Origin: Deltaproteobacteria bacterium
GTDB taxonomy: Bacteria > Myxococcota_A > UBA9160 > SMWR01
Direction: 5' to 3'
Assembly (NCBI GenBank): GCA_032128375.1
Contig: JAQBGU010000107.1
Coordinates: 32,001-96,000 of the forward strand
Length of the DNA stretch: 64,000 nucleotides
The translations under genes were made by a program, and so were the position numbers. The notes under the pieces were generated by a model. That model had not been told where the DNA came from. It did not search any database and saw only the letters and a program-made list of their open reading frames with translations. Below, piece after piece: positions 47,096 to 57,596 of this stretch. Numbering within the stretch: position 1 is the first letter of the stretch; each line of letters starts with the position of its first letter.

Positions 47096-49226
47096 GGTTC
47101 ATGGCCCCTCGTCGCGCGCGCATCGCGTGTGCCGCAGGTTCATGGCCCGCCGAGCCGGAGCCAAGCGGAGCCAGTGAATCGACGCGTCGCCGTGCTGTTG
47201 GCCGAAGGCGCAACAGGATGGTCTTCGCTGCTTCTTCTCGCATCACTTCACAGGCACTTCGATAGAACTCCGGGAGCGCGGCGACCAGCCCGTCATTGTC
47301 CATCAGCAGCAACGTTCGGCGTCCGACGCCCCATTCGAGAATCTCGCCCGTACCGAGCCCGTAGGGGTAACCGGTAGGCGACGTACAGGCGGCATGTTTT
47401 GCGCTTTGCATCGCGAGTTCCGCTTCGGGCGCACGGCCAGCTCGCGCCAACACGACCGCGAGGTTCCGCCATGCGGGCGTCATTTCCGGCGCCAGTTCGA
47501 GCGCATTACGCAGGTCCAACTCCGCGTTCGTGTCGTCGCGAAGCGCTGCAGCGACGGCGCCGCGATTGGCCAGCAGCTCCGCGATCGATTCATTTTCCAA
47601 CGCGCTATCCAATTCGGCGCGCGCCGCCTCGAGGTCCCCTCCGACCGCCATTGCGACCGCGAGCCGTCCCATTCGACGTGGGTCATTCCGATTCTGTTGC
47701 CGGGCCAACTTGACGGCGCGTTCGGAAAGCGCCCGGGCGCGTGCCGTCCGACCTTCTGCCAGTTCGACTGCGGCCAGGTTCTCGAGCCATGGAACCGCGT
47801 ATCCGGCACCTGCGACCAGCGGAGCGTAGATCCGGCGCGCCGCCTGATACTCGGCGAAGTAGAAGTGCAGAGCCCCGGTCGCCGGCGCATCGTGTCGCCG
47901 CGGCAGCACGATTCCAATCGTCTCGACCACAGACCCCGCGAGCGACACGAACACCAGCGCGACAGGCGCTGCGACACGCTGCCAGCGCGCATTGCGATTC
48001 GCCAGATATTCGACCGCCCGAGCCAGAAAGACCGCGTAGGGTACCGAGAGTGTCAGCAGATAGGAGGACCGCACCGCCGGCCAGCTGGGCACGATCCACG
48101 TAAACAAGCCGAACGCCCCGAGCGCTGCGCCCGTGAGCAGTAGCAGCACGGGATACGCGTCGCAGCGGCGTCCGCGCGCGACGTCGCGCACGGCGAGACT
48201 GACACCAAAAAGGGTCAGTAGCGTCGGAATGACCCCGAGCCTCACCATCCACGCCATCGGGCGCCGCTCGCTCCGCTTCTGCTCCGGCGTGAGCACGGAG
48301 TCCGACTCCCGGAGCGTATCCGCCCAGATGCTGATGTACATCGAGCCCCAGATCGAGTGGATCATGTGGGCGGCCATCGGATCCGGGTCTACGAACATTC
48401 GCGGCGAAACCGACACGTAGTCCCGCCAGCTGCGAACGCCCGGCGGCTGCCCTGCCTCGAGATCCTTCACGAGCGGGAAGGTTCTGCTCATTTGGAATGG
48501 CGTCCCGAAGGTCTGCAAATTGCGCGCGTAGTAGGGCGCGCATACCGCCAGTGCAGTGAAGACCACGACTGCGCCTCGAATGCAAGTGCGCGAGAATTCC
48601 GCGCGCGCCCGAAAAATCGGACGCACCGCCAGAGCCGCAAGGACTGCGGCAAGTGGAATCACGCCGCTGAACTTCGCGAGGAGCGCCAGCCCCACCAACG
48701 CACCGACACAAGCGTCACCCAAGAGCGTCGGCACTTCCCGGCGCTCGTTGGTGATAAAGACCACGATCGCGGCGGCACTCAGAAAACAGAACGTGAGTTC
48801 GTTTGTGGGCATTGCACTCACCACCAGGTGGACCGGCAGCTGAGACACCGCGGTGAAGCCGAGCAATGCCAACCAGGGTCGCTGTGGAGTGAGGCGATGT
48901 ATGACGGTCGCCGCCAGAGCCGCCGTCCCGAGGCTCGCCAGGCTCGACAAGACGAGCAGCCCCCGCGCAAGGAATTCGCCACTTCGGGCCTGGGCGAATA
49001 GCCAACCCAGCGCGTAGTGAAGTGGTGGGTGGAAGTACGACCAGCCCTGATCGGCCCACGGGATGCCCCGGTAGAGATCCAGGAACAACACGTAGGCGAC
49101 ATGGGCCCAGGCGTCGTAACCCCACAGCAGCGGCCCCGTCAGCGCGTTCCAGGCGCGCACCCCTACCGCGACCGCGATCGCGACGGTCCATCCGAAGGCC
49201 AGGGCACGGCGAGCGCTCACAGCCAT
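47085..49226 (-). CDS. GT-C membrane glycosyltransferase with C-terminal TPRs, tandem paralog
   Basis: Same motifs as its neighbour: WNALTGPLLWGYDAWAHVAYV..PWADQGWSYFHPPLHYALGWL. Confidence 0.72.
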   Translation of the reverse strand: MAVSARRALAFGWTVAIAVAVGVRAWNALTGPLLWGYDAWAHVAYVLFLDLYRGIPWADQGWSYFHPPLHYALGWLFAQARSGEFLARGLLVLSSLASLGTAALAATVIHRLTPQRPWLALLGFTAVSQLPVHLVVSAMPTNELTFCFLSAAAIVVFITNERREVPTLLGDACVGALVGLALLAKFSGVIPLAAVLAALAVRPIFRARAEFSRTCIRGAVVVFTALAVCAPYYARNLQTFGTPFQMSRTFPLVKDLEAGQPPGVRSWRDYVSVSPRMFVDPDPMAAHMIHSIWGSMYISIWADTLRESDSVLTPEQKRSERRPMAWMVRLGVIPTLLTLFGVSLAVRDVARGRRCDAYPVLLLLTGAALGAFGLFTWIVPSWPAVRSSYLLTLSVPYAVFLARAVEYLANRNARWQRVAAPVALVFVSLAGSVVETIGIVLPRRHDAPATGALHFYFAEYQAARRIYAPLVAGAGYAVPWLENLAAVELAEGRTARARALSERAVKLARQQNRNDPRRMGRLAVAMAVGGDLEAARAELDSALENESIAELLANRGAVAAALRDDTNAELDLRNALELAPEMTPAWRNLAVVLARAGRAPEAELAMQSAKHAACTSPTGYPYGLGTGEILEWGVGRRTLLLMDNDGLVAALPEFYRSACEVMREEAAKTILLRLRPTARRRVDSLAPLGSGSAGHEPAAHAMRARRGAMNHVG

Positions 49227-49374
49227 ATCATGGCGGTCCGAACAGGTCGCGCCAGCCCCGGATCACGATCGTCTGGGACCGCACTCGCGAAGCGGCTATC
49301 GCTCGATTGCAAACGGAACCGGTCATGCAACCGCTTCGGACTCAGTCATCTCTGGAGCGGAAGGCGGGGCGGCC

Positions 49375-51012
49375 TCAGGGCCGATTGACCCGATTCACCT
49401 GTCCTACCCGAGCGCCTGCGGTGCGCCCGTAGGCAAGCGCGAAGTCCGTCTCCATCAGTCGTTGGTAACCTGTGATTGTGTCATTTCGGGCGTCTTGATA
49501 GAAGCGGCGCACGCGTGTGGCTTGCTTCGCATCGGTGCTTTTCCCGACCGAGGCGGGGTCCGCGAACCAGTCCATCTGCGAACGCTTGAGGAGGATCAGG
49601 TCCGGGTTCGACTCCGTGATATCGGCGTGCTCGGTACTGTGCCAGCGCATGTGAATCTGGAAGCGCCGTTGTGGGGCAACGTAGAGGGTGTGGTCGCGAA
49701 AGATCCGCAGCGAGGTGTCAGGTGAAATCCCGGCGAGCACCTCGCGCTCGAATTGCTCCCAGAAGGCGAATGCCGGGTGATTCTGTTCGCGGTAGAGCAC
49801 CGCGCTGTAGCGGCGCACGTCTTCTTGGAGGTGAAACACGAGCTGAAGGCCGAGCAACGCAGCCATCGCCACGCCAGCTAGCCGCGGGAGCCTGGATTCA
49901 GTTCGGCCCCGAAGCGCGTCCCACAGCAGCGGGCTGCCCGCGCACGATGCGAGCGGTACGAGCACACTCAGCAGGTAGCGCTCGCGCTGGAGGCCAACGT
50001 GGATGACGAAGAAGATCGAAATCGGGATCCCCCAGGCGAGGACCATAGCCGCGAGGTCGCGATGCTCTTCGCGTTGCGAACGGCGCGCCGTCACGGCACA
50101 CGAAGTGACCAGCGCGGCCCATGTCGCGATCCATCCGTAGCCCGACCGCAGTAATCCGAGCCAAGGGCCGACGCCGAGTTCACCCCGGGTGAACCATCCT
50201 GCGTGTGTATCGCGCGCGAGCGACGCGATTGCGGCGATCGTCTCCTCCCACTCGCTCGGCAGAAACCAGTGGGGACTGCCGGCCAGAATGGCAAGTGCCA
50301 TCACGCAAACGAATCCGGCACCGGCGCGCGCGAGCTTCGGCATCGAGTGCTTGTCGCGGGCACGGAACAGATGGAGCGCCACTGCCGCAAAGAACCACAC
50401 GCCGATCGTTTTGGTGGCTGTCGCGAGTCCACAAGCCAATGCAGCAGCGAAGAACCACGGACCCAGACGACTTCGATCGAGAGACAACGCGCCGATCGTG
50501 CACACGACAAACAGCAGGAGTAACGCGTCCGGGTGCCACCACAGGTTGTTGTCTACGACAGCGGGCAGTGTCGCAAGGAAGACGAACAGCGCGATCATCT
50601 GCGGCGTCGAGCGCAACCGGGTCCACAACGCGACCAGGATCGCGATCGCGAGCGCCGTAAACAGGGGGCTCAGCTCGCGCAACGCCATCGCACCGGCGGT
50701 CGTCAGCCCTGGCTCCGCCGCAGCAACATAAATCGCGCGCAGGGGCCAGAAGACTGCGGCACTCACGGCGAAGAACGGAAAACCGTACCAGTAGTAGTCG
50801 TACGCGATGATCCCGAAGACGGATTCGGTCAACGAAGGGCTTGGGCTGGTCATCTTCCACAGCGCGCGGAACTGAGAGAACTCGTCGAGATTGAATACGC
50901 CGAGCATATTCACATCGCCGGCGCCGGTGAGGTTCGCGGGCACGAAAGCCAGCGTGTAGGCGACGCACAGCGCCGCCAGCACGAGGGACCGCCGCTTCTG
51001 ATCCTGGGACAA
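49375..51012 (-). CDS. GT-C-like polytopic membrane protein (putative glycosyltransferase)
   Basis: NLDE loop after TM1, YYWYG, HPD, GLATATK, RYLL; soluble C-terminal domain. Confidence 0.62.
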   Translation of the reverse strand: MSQDQKRRSLVLAALCVAYTLAFVPANLTGAGDVNMLGVFNLDEFSQFRALWKMTSPSPSLTESVFGIIAYDYYWYGFPFFAVSAAVFWPLRAIYVAAAEPGLTTAGAMALRELSPLFTALAIAILVALWTRLRSTPQMIALFVFLATLPAVVDNNLWWHPDALLLLFVVCTIGALSLDRSRLGPWFFAAALACGLATATKTIGVWFFAAVALHLFRARDKHSMPKLARAGAGFVCVMALAILAGSPHWFLPSEWEETIAAIASLARDTHAGWFTRGELGVGPWLGLLRSGYGWIATWAALVTSCAVTARRSQREEHRDLAAMVLAWGIPISIFFVIHVGLQRERYLLSVLVPLASCAGSPLLWDALRGRTESRLPRLAGVAMAALLGLQLVFHLQEDVRRYSAVLYREQNHPAFAFWEQFEREVLAGISPDTSLRIFRDHTLYVAPQRRFQIHMRWHSTEHADITESNPDLILLKRSQMDWFADPASVGKSTDAKQATRVRRFYQDARNDTITGYQRLMETDFALAYGRTAGARVGQVNRVNRP

Positions 51013-51066
51013 GCCGGTCTCCAGCGGGGGGCTGGGCTCGCCGGAACTATCGGCCTCGCCGGCGCC

Positions 51067-51096
51067 GAGCTGTAGTGAGCTGTACTGAGCTCAAGT
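51067..51096. repeat. 10-bp tandem repeat x3, intergenic
   Basis: gagctgtagt gagctgtact gagctcaagt. Confidence 0.6.
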
Positions 51097-51097
51097 G

Positions 51098-52351
51098 TCA
51101 GGCGTAGCGCGCCTCGGTCGAATCAGCGCCGCCGCGCCCATCGCGGACTTGTTTTACCGCCTCTTCGAGATCTGCGAGGTACTGGTCTGCGACCTCCGCG
51201 TGCGAGGGCGACAGCATCAGATGGATCCCACGGGGTTCGGTGACCAGACCGGTGAACCATCCCTTCCTCTTCAGTTCCGCCCACACGGAGAAGATCGGCA
51301 ATGCGTCGGTATCGGACCCGTATGCGAACAGCCCCAGCTGCGGGTCACCGAGCGTCCTCAGACCCGATATCCCATTGATCGACGCCATCATGTGTTGTCG
51401 CGTGTCGGTCACGAGCTTCGCCTTCTGGCGGTATCCCTCCACACCGAGATAGTGCATCACCGCCCACGCGGCCGCGATCGCCCCGCCAGGGCGGGTCCCA
51501 GCCGCTGTTGGCGTCGTCATCAAACCGGCGGGCCAATCGTCGCAACTGAACAGTTGGAACGCGCGCTGTTCTTCGGTCCGATGGAATACTGTGGATGCGC
51601 CCTTCGCCGCGTAACCATATTTGTGCAAGTCGGCGGACATCGACGCTACGCCGGGCAACTCGAAATCGAACGGCGGAACATCGATTCCGTTCATGCGTGC
51701 AAACGGCGCGAAGTAACCACCGACGCACGCGTCTACGTGCAACCACACATCGCGTTCGAGAGCGATCTCGGAAAGTTCTTCGATCGGGTCGATCAAGCCG
51801 AACGGAAAGCACGGCGCAGACCCGACCAGCATCAGTGTGCGGTCACCAATCGCGTCTGCCATTGCGCGCGTGTCCGCGCGCAAGTCTGCAGCGACCGGCA
51901 CCCGAACCATCTCCAAGCCGAGGTAGTGGGCGGCCTTGTCGAACGCGAGGTGGGCCGTGCGCGGGACGACGATCTGTGCGCCTTGGGTATCCACGCCGCG
52001 TGCCCGCGCCTGGTCGCGACAGGCTTTGACGGCCATCAGGATGCTCTCGGTACCGCCGGACGTCATATTTCCGCAGGTTTGCTCGCCTCCGTGCAACAGG
52101 CCTTTGCCCATCGAGATCACGTCGGCTTCCATCTGGCGCAAGCTGGGGAAGGCCGCCGGGCCGAGCGCGTTTTCGGACTGATAGAGCGCATACGCATCTT
52201 TCGCGACCTGGAGCACATCGTCGCCCGGGTGAAAGACATAAACCGCCGTCCGTCCGCTGCGCCAATCCGCATCGTCGCGCCCCAGTTCGAGCATCTGCTG
52301 TCGAATCGAATCCCAGGCGCTGCCTTTTTCCGGGAGCTGTTTGGCGACCAT
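51098..52351 (-). CDS. Group II PLP-dependent enzyme, sphingosine-1-phosphate lyase-like
   Basis: MTSGGTESILMAVK, AHLAFDKAAHY, GSAPCFPFG..DPI, HVDACVGG, SADLHKYGYAAKG, GTRPGG. Confidence 0.82.
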   Translation of the reverse strand: MVAKQLPEKGSAWDSIRQQMLELGRDDADWRSGRTAVYVFHPGDDVLQVAKDAYALYQSENALGPAAFPSLRQMEADVISMGKGLLHGGEQTCGNMTSGGTESILMAVKACRDQARARGVDTQGAQIVVPRTAHLAFDKAAHYLGLEMVRVPVAADLRADTRAMADAIGDRTLMLVGSAPCFPFGLIDPIEELSEIALERDVWLHVDACVGGYFAPFARMNGIDVPPFDFELPGVASMSADLHKYGYAAKGASTVFHRTEEQRAFQLFSCDDWPAGLMTTPTAAGTRPGGAIAAAWAVMHYLGVEGYRQKAKLVTDTRQHMMASINGISGLRTLGDPQLGLFAYGSDTDALPIFSVWAELKRKGWFTGLVTEPRGIHLMLSPSHAEVADQYLADLEEAVKQVRDGRGGADSTEARYA

Positions 52352-52409
52352 CGATGTCTTCCTCCGGCTGTGTGCCCCAGCGTATCACGGTGCTAGAACT
52401 CCGTGTGCG

Positions 52410-53495
52410 ATGACCAAAATTCCGACTCCCGAGATTCCGACCCCGAGCGACGTCACATCAGCCTGGCTCACCGGCTGCCTGCAAAAGGCCGGCCACACGG
52501 CCGAGGTGCGGAGTTTCGAAAGCCAGCGGATCGGCACCGGTCAAATCGGGATGTGTGTGCGCTACGCGCTCGATGTCGAGGGCGGGGATGCATCCACACC
52601 CAGGAGCCTGATCGGGAAATTCGCATCCGACGATCCGACCAGTCGACACACGGGTGTCCTGCTCCGCAACTACATCAAGGAGGTCTACTTCTATCGCGAG
52701 CTGCAGCATCGGCTGACGATCTCGACACCGCGCTGCTATTACGCAGAGATCCATGGACAGGGCCCTGAGTTCGCGCTGCTGCTCGAAGACCTCTCGCCCG
52801 GCGAGCAAGGCGATCAACTGGCCGGATGCACGGTCGATGTGGCGCGGGCAGCCGTGCTCGAACTGGTCGGGCTCCACGCACCGAGCTGGTGTGACGACCA
52901 ACTGCGCAGTAGCGAGTGGCTGGGGGAGCCGAGCGCACCGATGATCGCTCTCGGTCGCGCGATGTATCAGGCGCAACTGCCGGGTTTCATCGATCGATAC
53001 GGGCCGAGACTGGAAGCCGACGAAGCGGAGATTATCGAGCAGGTCGCCAGCTCGAGCGCAGCACCGTTCGAACCGCTCCCCAACCCCTATTCACTGGTTC
53101 ACGTCGACTACCGACTCGACAACCTGCTGATCGACACCCAACCCAACCCGCCGAAGATCTCGGCCGTCGATTGGCAGAGCATCACTCTGGGCAGCCCGCT
53201 CTCCGACGTCGCGTATTTCCTGGGTGCGGGTCTGGTGCCCGAGGTTCGCCGCGCGGCCGAACAGGACATCGTCCGCTCCTACCACAACGCTCTGCAGTCG
53301 GCCGGAGTGAAAGGCTACGACTGGCAGGACTGTTGGAACGACTACCGACGCGGCAGCTTCAGCGGCTTTGCGGTCACCATCATCGCGTCGATGATGGTCC
53401 AGCAGACACAGCGAGGTGACGAGATGTTCATCGCGATGGCCCGTCGCCACAGCCGCCACGCGCTCGACCTGAACGCACAGGAGTTTCTGGCCTAG
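52410..53495 (+). CDS. APH/choline/ecdysteroid-kinase-like phosphotransferase
   Basis: IGTGQIG, KEVYFY, LLLEDL, HVDYRLDNLL, VDWQ. Confidence 0.85.
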   Translation: MTKIPTPEIPTPSDVTSAWLTGCLQKAGHTAEVRSFESQRIGTGQIGMCVRYALDVEGGDASTPRSLIGKFASDDPTSRHTGVLLRNYIKEVYFYRELQHRLTISTPRCYYAEIHGQGPEFALLLEDLSPGEQGDQLAGCTVDVARAAVLELVGLHAPSWCDDQLRSSEWLGEPSAPMIALGRAMYQAQLPGFIDRYGPRLEADEAEIIEQVASSSAAPFEPLPNPYSLVHVDYRLDNLLIDTQPNPPKISAVDWQSITLGSPLSDVAYFLGAGLVPEVRRAAEQDIVRSYHNALQSAGVKGYDWQDCWNDYRRGSFSGFAVTIIASMMVQQTQRGDEMFIAMARRHSRHALDLNAQEFLA

Positions 53496-53713
53496 GAATC
53501 TGCGCGGCAGAGCGCCAGCTCCAGCGTGCAGGCGACTCCGATGAAGAATGCGAAGACTTCGCCGCAGACTCTGCACGTTTTGCGCGCACGCAGGCGTTGG
53601 AGAATGCGGCCGCCGGTTGTTTCAGACCGACTACGCGGTCGCAGGGTGACCATATCAGGCCGACACCGGCCAAGCCCAGCCGGGCCAGAGACCGGCCGAA
53701 GCCGAAACACCGC

Positions 53714-54574
53714 CTAGTTCATCAAAATCTCACCCGGAGTCATCTTGGCAGCGATCTCTTCGGGCGTCCAAAGGCCGCCGTCATCCGTCTTCGTTACACC
53801 CGTATGAGTGACTACCTGCATTTCAGCGATGCGCCCGCCACCGACGAAGAAGGTCTTGCCCGAGTGATCCTTTGACAGGTCGCTCGCCAGGTAGGTCACC
53901 AACGGAGACACGAGCCCCGGACTCATTCGGGCTTTCATCTTCTCGTCATTGAACCCAGGCAAATCGTCGGTCAGGCGGGTCACCGCGACCGGTGCGAGGA
54001 TGAACGCCCGGATGCCGTACTTCTTGCCCTCGATGGCAAGGCAGCGCGTAAAGCCGGCGATTCCAGCCTTCGCGGCGCCGTAGTTGCATTGGCCGAAGTT
54101 TCCATTCAGCCCAGAGGTCGATGACGTGTTGATCACCACACCGCCCTGGTTGCGCTCCTTCATGTGGTTGTAGACCGCATGGGTCACGCAATAGGTTCCC
54201 TTCAGATGCACGGCTACGACGATGTCCCACATATCTTCGCTGGTGTTCGCAAACGACTTGTCGCGCAGGATCCCGGCGTTGTTGACCAGGATGTCGACCT
54301 TGTCGAATGCATCGAGGCCGCTCTTCAGGATATTCTGGCCGCCTTCGACCGTGGCCACGTTGTCGTAATTCGCGACCGCCTCTCCACCGGCGGCCTTGAT
54401 CTCGTCGACTACCTGGTCGGCCATCGTGGCACCACCGCCAGACCCGTCGCGGGCCCCACCGAGGTCGTTGATCACCAGCGCCGCGCCCTGTTTCGCCATC
54501 GCAAGCGCGTGCTCTCGCCCGATGCCTCCGCCGCTTCCAGTGACAATCGCGACCTTTCCGTCAAGCAGTCCCAT
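53714..54574 (-). CDS. SDR oxidoreductase (MFE-2-type hydroxyacyl-CoA dehydrogenase-like)
   Basis: TGSGGGIG, NDLGG, NNAGILRD, GNFGQCNYGAAK. Confidence 0.9.
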   Translation of the reverse strand: MGLLDGKVAIVTGSGGGIGREHALAMAKQGAALVINDLGGARDGSGGGATMADQVVDEIKAAGGEAVANYDNVATVEGGQNILKSGLDAFDKVDILVNNAGILRDKSFANTSEDMWDIVVAVHLKGTYCVTHAVYNHMKERNQGGVVINTSSTSGLNGNFGQCNYGAAKAGIAGFTRCLAIEGKKYGIRAFILAPVAVTRLTDDLPGFNDEKMKARMSPGLVSPLVTYLASDLSKDHSGKTFFVGGGRIAEMQVVTHTGVTKTDDGGLWTPEEIAAKMTPGEILMN

Positions 54575-54675
54575 GGGGGGGTCCTCCGATCAGTTGGGTT
54601 TTTCAGTTGGTGTCAGTTGTTCTGATGACGCAGTGGATCTGCAAAAAAACAGGTGCGGACACTAGCACCACCCCC

Positions 54676-55527
54676 TCAGCTGAACAGGATGGTCCGAAGC
54701 TTTGTGAAGGGCTTGAAGCCGAGGCTCTCGTACAGCCGAGTCGCCGCGTCGTTGCCGTCGACAACAGCCAGTTGCACATGGTCCGCCCCGGCGGCGAACG
54801 CCTCGCGGCACATTTCGGAGACTCCGAATGCCGCGAATCCCTGGCGGCGGTACTCAGGCCAGGTGTAGATCCCCTGCAACAGCCAGCCCTCCGAACGTTG
54901 TACGTCCGCGTATCCGACCATCCGCACGCGCCCGTCCAATTCCACGACCCGCGCACGGGGTATCCGCCCTCGAACCCAGCGCGAAAACCCCTTCTCGTCT
55001 CCAGAAAACGGATCGGGACGACTCTCCTCGCGCAAGCTTTCGCGGGCCGCGATGACCAGATCGGCCAGATCACTGCGCCCTGCGGCGCGCCAGACTTCGC
55101 CAGACCGCGAGTCGACCAGCACTGCGTCCTTGCGCTTCAGCGAATACGCCGTCTCGATTCGGTCGATGAGTGAGCGCCGATAGAGGCGAAGTGCGAGGTG
55201 CCTCCACAGCTCGTCCACGATGGGCGCGTAGCTCTTCACCAGGCCGACTGAGAGACTCTCGAGGTATGGAAGCAACGCATGGATGGCTTCGTCGCCAGCA
55301 TTCGCGTCCAGTACCACGCTCGGGCGCAGCCCGGCCATCGCGACGAGCTCGTCGTCTCGCCAGACGCCGACGAGCTCCGTTCGGCTCTCGCCGGCTTCCG
55401 GCCGGGTTCCCAACTTCGCGGTCAAATCGAGCAGGAACAGGTTCCCGACGGCGTCGCGGCCGAGGTAGCGCAAAGCCGCCTCGCGGTCCGCGATCTCGAG
55501 ATATCTGGACGCCAGCTGAGGAGTCAC
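54676..55527 (-). CDS. GNAT acetyltransferase
   Basis: C-terminal GNAT motif A: GIYTWPEYRRQGFA...NDAATRLYESLGF. Confidence 0.85.
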   Translation of the reverse strand: MTPQLASRYLEIADREAALRYLGRDAVGNLFLLDLTAKLGTRPEAGESRTELVGVWRDDELVAMAGLRPSVVLDANAGDEAIHALLPYLESLSVGLVKSYAPIVDELWRHLALRLYRRSLIDRIETAYSLKRKDAVLVDSRSGEVWRAAGRSDLADLVIAARESLREESRPDPFSGDEKGFSRWVRGRIPRARVVELDGRVRMVGYADVQRSEGWLLQGIYTWPEYRRQGFAAFGVSEMCREAFAAGADHVQLAVVDGNDAATRLYESLGFKPFTKLRTILFS

Positions 55528-55531
55528 CCGG

Positions 55532-55747
55532 TCACGTGATCATCGCGAGGATCATCCCTTCCTCGATGCTGTCGCCCTCAGCCACCCGAATTTCGCTGAT
55601 CGTCCCCTGACAGGGCGCCTCGACCGGAATTTCCATCTTCATGGACTCGATGATCATGATGACATCGTCAGTTTCGACCAAGTCCCCGACCGCCTTCTCA
55701 ATCTTCCACAGATTTCCGGCGATCTGCGCCTCCACCTCGGTGGCCAT
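55532..55747 (-). CDS. Stand-alone biotin/lipoyl carrier protein
   Basis: IESMKMEIPVEAP biotinylation motif; 71 aa; GAGGAG RBS. Confidence 0.9.
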   Translation of the reverse strand: MATEVEAQIAGNLWKIEKAVGDLVETDDVIMIIESMKMEIPVEAPCQGTISEIRVAEGDSIEEGMILAMIT

Positions 55748-55957
55748 CTACGCTCCTCGCTTTCCACAAGCTGGCTCGGGTCGGATCGCACCCGCCAGCG
55801 CCCGCGAGGCATCGCGGACCCTACCATGGTGCACACGCTCGGGTGGCTGGGCAAGCCGGGCGGCCATCCCGGCCAGAACGTTCCCGTGATTGGGCGAGCG
55901 CGGGGGTTCTTCACAGCCGCTGGCATCCGCTATTCTCGCCGCCTTCCGGAGATCTGA

Positions 55958-57454
55958 GTGCTCGAAACCCTGACCCGAGGCTTCACCTCCGCCCGCGAAA
56001 AACTGGGCGGCGTTCGCGAACTGACGGACGAGAACGTCGACCAATCGCTTCGCGACGTTCGAAGCTCGCTGCTCGAGGCGGACGTCGACCTCAAGGTGGC
56101 TCGCGATTTTCTGGCGCGCGTCAAGCAGCGCTCTCTCGGCGAGAAGGTCGCGACGCGGGCGAAAGATGGGTCCGGGCGCAAGATCCGAGTCACCCCCGGC
56201 CAACATTTCATCAAGATCTGCGAAGAAGAGCTGATCTCGCTGATGGGCCCCGTCGAGACGTCACTGGCACAGACCAACGGTGTCACGTCGCTGATGCTGG
56301 TGGGACTTCAAGGCGTAGGAAAGACGACTATCGCGGCAAAGCTGGCGCGGCATCTGCAGAAGCAAAACCGGCGCCCGCTGCTGGTTGCAGCCGACATCTA
56401 TCGCCCTGCGGCGGTATTGCAGTTGCAACAGCTCGGGGGCCGAATCGCCGTCGAGGTACATGTCGGTGACGACGGCGAACAACCCGCCTCGATCTGCCGC
56501 AACGCCAAGCAGCGGGCCAGGCGCGAAGGCTTCGACGCCATCATCTACGACACGGCCGGCCGGCTCGCGATCGATTCCGAACTGATGGCCGAGCTGACAT
56601 CCATCACCGAGGCCACCTCGCCGGCGAATACGCTGCTGGTCTGCGACGCACTGATGGGGCGAGACGCGGTCAATACCGCGCAGTCATTCAGCCAGCAGCT
56701 CAATATCGATGGCTTGATCCTCACGAAACTAGACGGCGACGCGCGCGGGGGGGCGGCGCTTGCGATCAAAGCCGTCACCGGAGTGCCGATCAAGTTTCTC
56801 GGCACCGGCGAGGCGATCGACAGACTGGAGCCGTTCCGGCCCGAGGGCCTCGCGTCGCGAATCCTCGGGATGGGCGACATTGTCGGACTCGTCAAAGATT
56901 TCGAAGAGATCGTCGACGAAAAGGAAGCAGAGGAGGACGCCGAGAGGCTGCTGAAAGGGAAATTCGGACTCGACGATCTGCTCAAGCAACTCCGGACGAT
57001 CCAGAAGATGGGCTCGCTTCGCGATGTGTTTGCGAAGCTCCCCGTGTTCGGCTCAATGGCAGACCAGGTCGACGAGAATGAGCTCGGCCGCGTCGAGGCG
57101 CTGATTCAATCGATGACCCCGGCCGAGCGCGCCAAGCCGGACACGATCGACAAGAGCCGGATGACGCGAATCGCCAAAGGGAGCGGTCGGCGATCCAAGG
57201 ACGTACGCGACCTCTTGAACCGCTTCGGCCAGATGCGAACGATGATGGCCGAACTCGGCAGCGGCGGCGGAATGCTCGGAAAGATCCCCGGTATGGGGCG
57301 ATTCGCCGGTGCCGGCGGGATGAACCCCACAGCGCTACTCGGCCCGCCAGCAGGGAGCCAGAAAATTCAGCGCCAAGCTGCGGGTGCGAAGAATCGGCAG
57401 AAGGGCAAGCGAAAGGATGCCCGCAAGGCGCGCAAGAAGAATCGAAAACGCTGA
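55958..57454 (+). CDS. ffh: Signal recognition particle protein
   Basis: LLEADV, GLQGVGKTT, DIYRPAA, DTAGRL, TKLDGDARGGAAL, M domain SMTPAER, RIAKGSG. Confidence 0.97.
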   Translation: MLETLTRGFTSAREKLGGVRELTDENVDQSLRDVRSSLLEADVDLKVARDFLARVKQRSLGEKVATRAKDGSGRKIRVTPGQHFIKICEEELISLMGPVETSLAQTNGVTSLMLVGLQGVGKTTIAAKLARHLQKQNRRPLLVAADIYRPAAVLQLQQLGGRIAVEVHVGDDGEQPASICRNAKQRARREGFDAIIYDTAGRLAIDSELMAELTSITEATSPANTLLVCDALMGRDAVNTAQSFSQQLNIDGLILTKLDGDARGGAALAIKAVTGVPIKFLGTGEAIDRLEPFRPEGLASRILGMGDIVGLVKDFEEIVDEKEAEEDAERLLKGKFGLDDLLKQLRTIQKMGSLRDVFAKLPVFGSMADQVDENELGRVEALIQSMTPAERAKPDTIDKSRMTRIAKGSGRRSKDVRDLLNRFGQMRTMMAELGSGGGMLGKIPGMGRFAGAGGMNPTALLGPPAGSQKIQRQAAGAKNRQKGKRKDARKARKKNRKR

Positions 57455-57596
57455 CGACCGGGTCTCGCGCTATCTTCTGGCCGAGGCTGAAGTCCTGGGT
57501 TGGACCCCCTACCCCGCGGGACAAGCCCGCCAGAACTCGACACCGAACGCAGGAACCGAAAGTTCCACACTGAATTTGCCGATCTACGATCTAACC

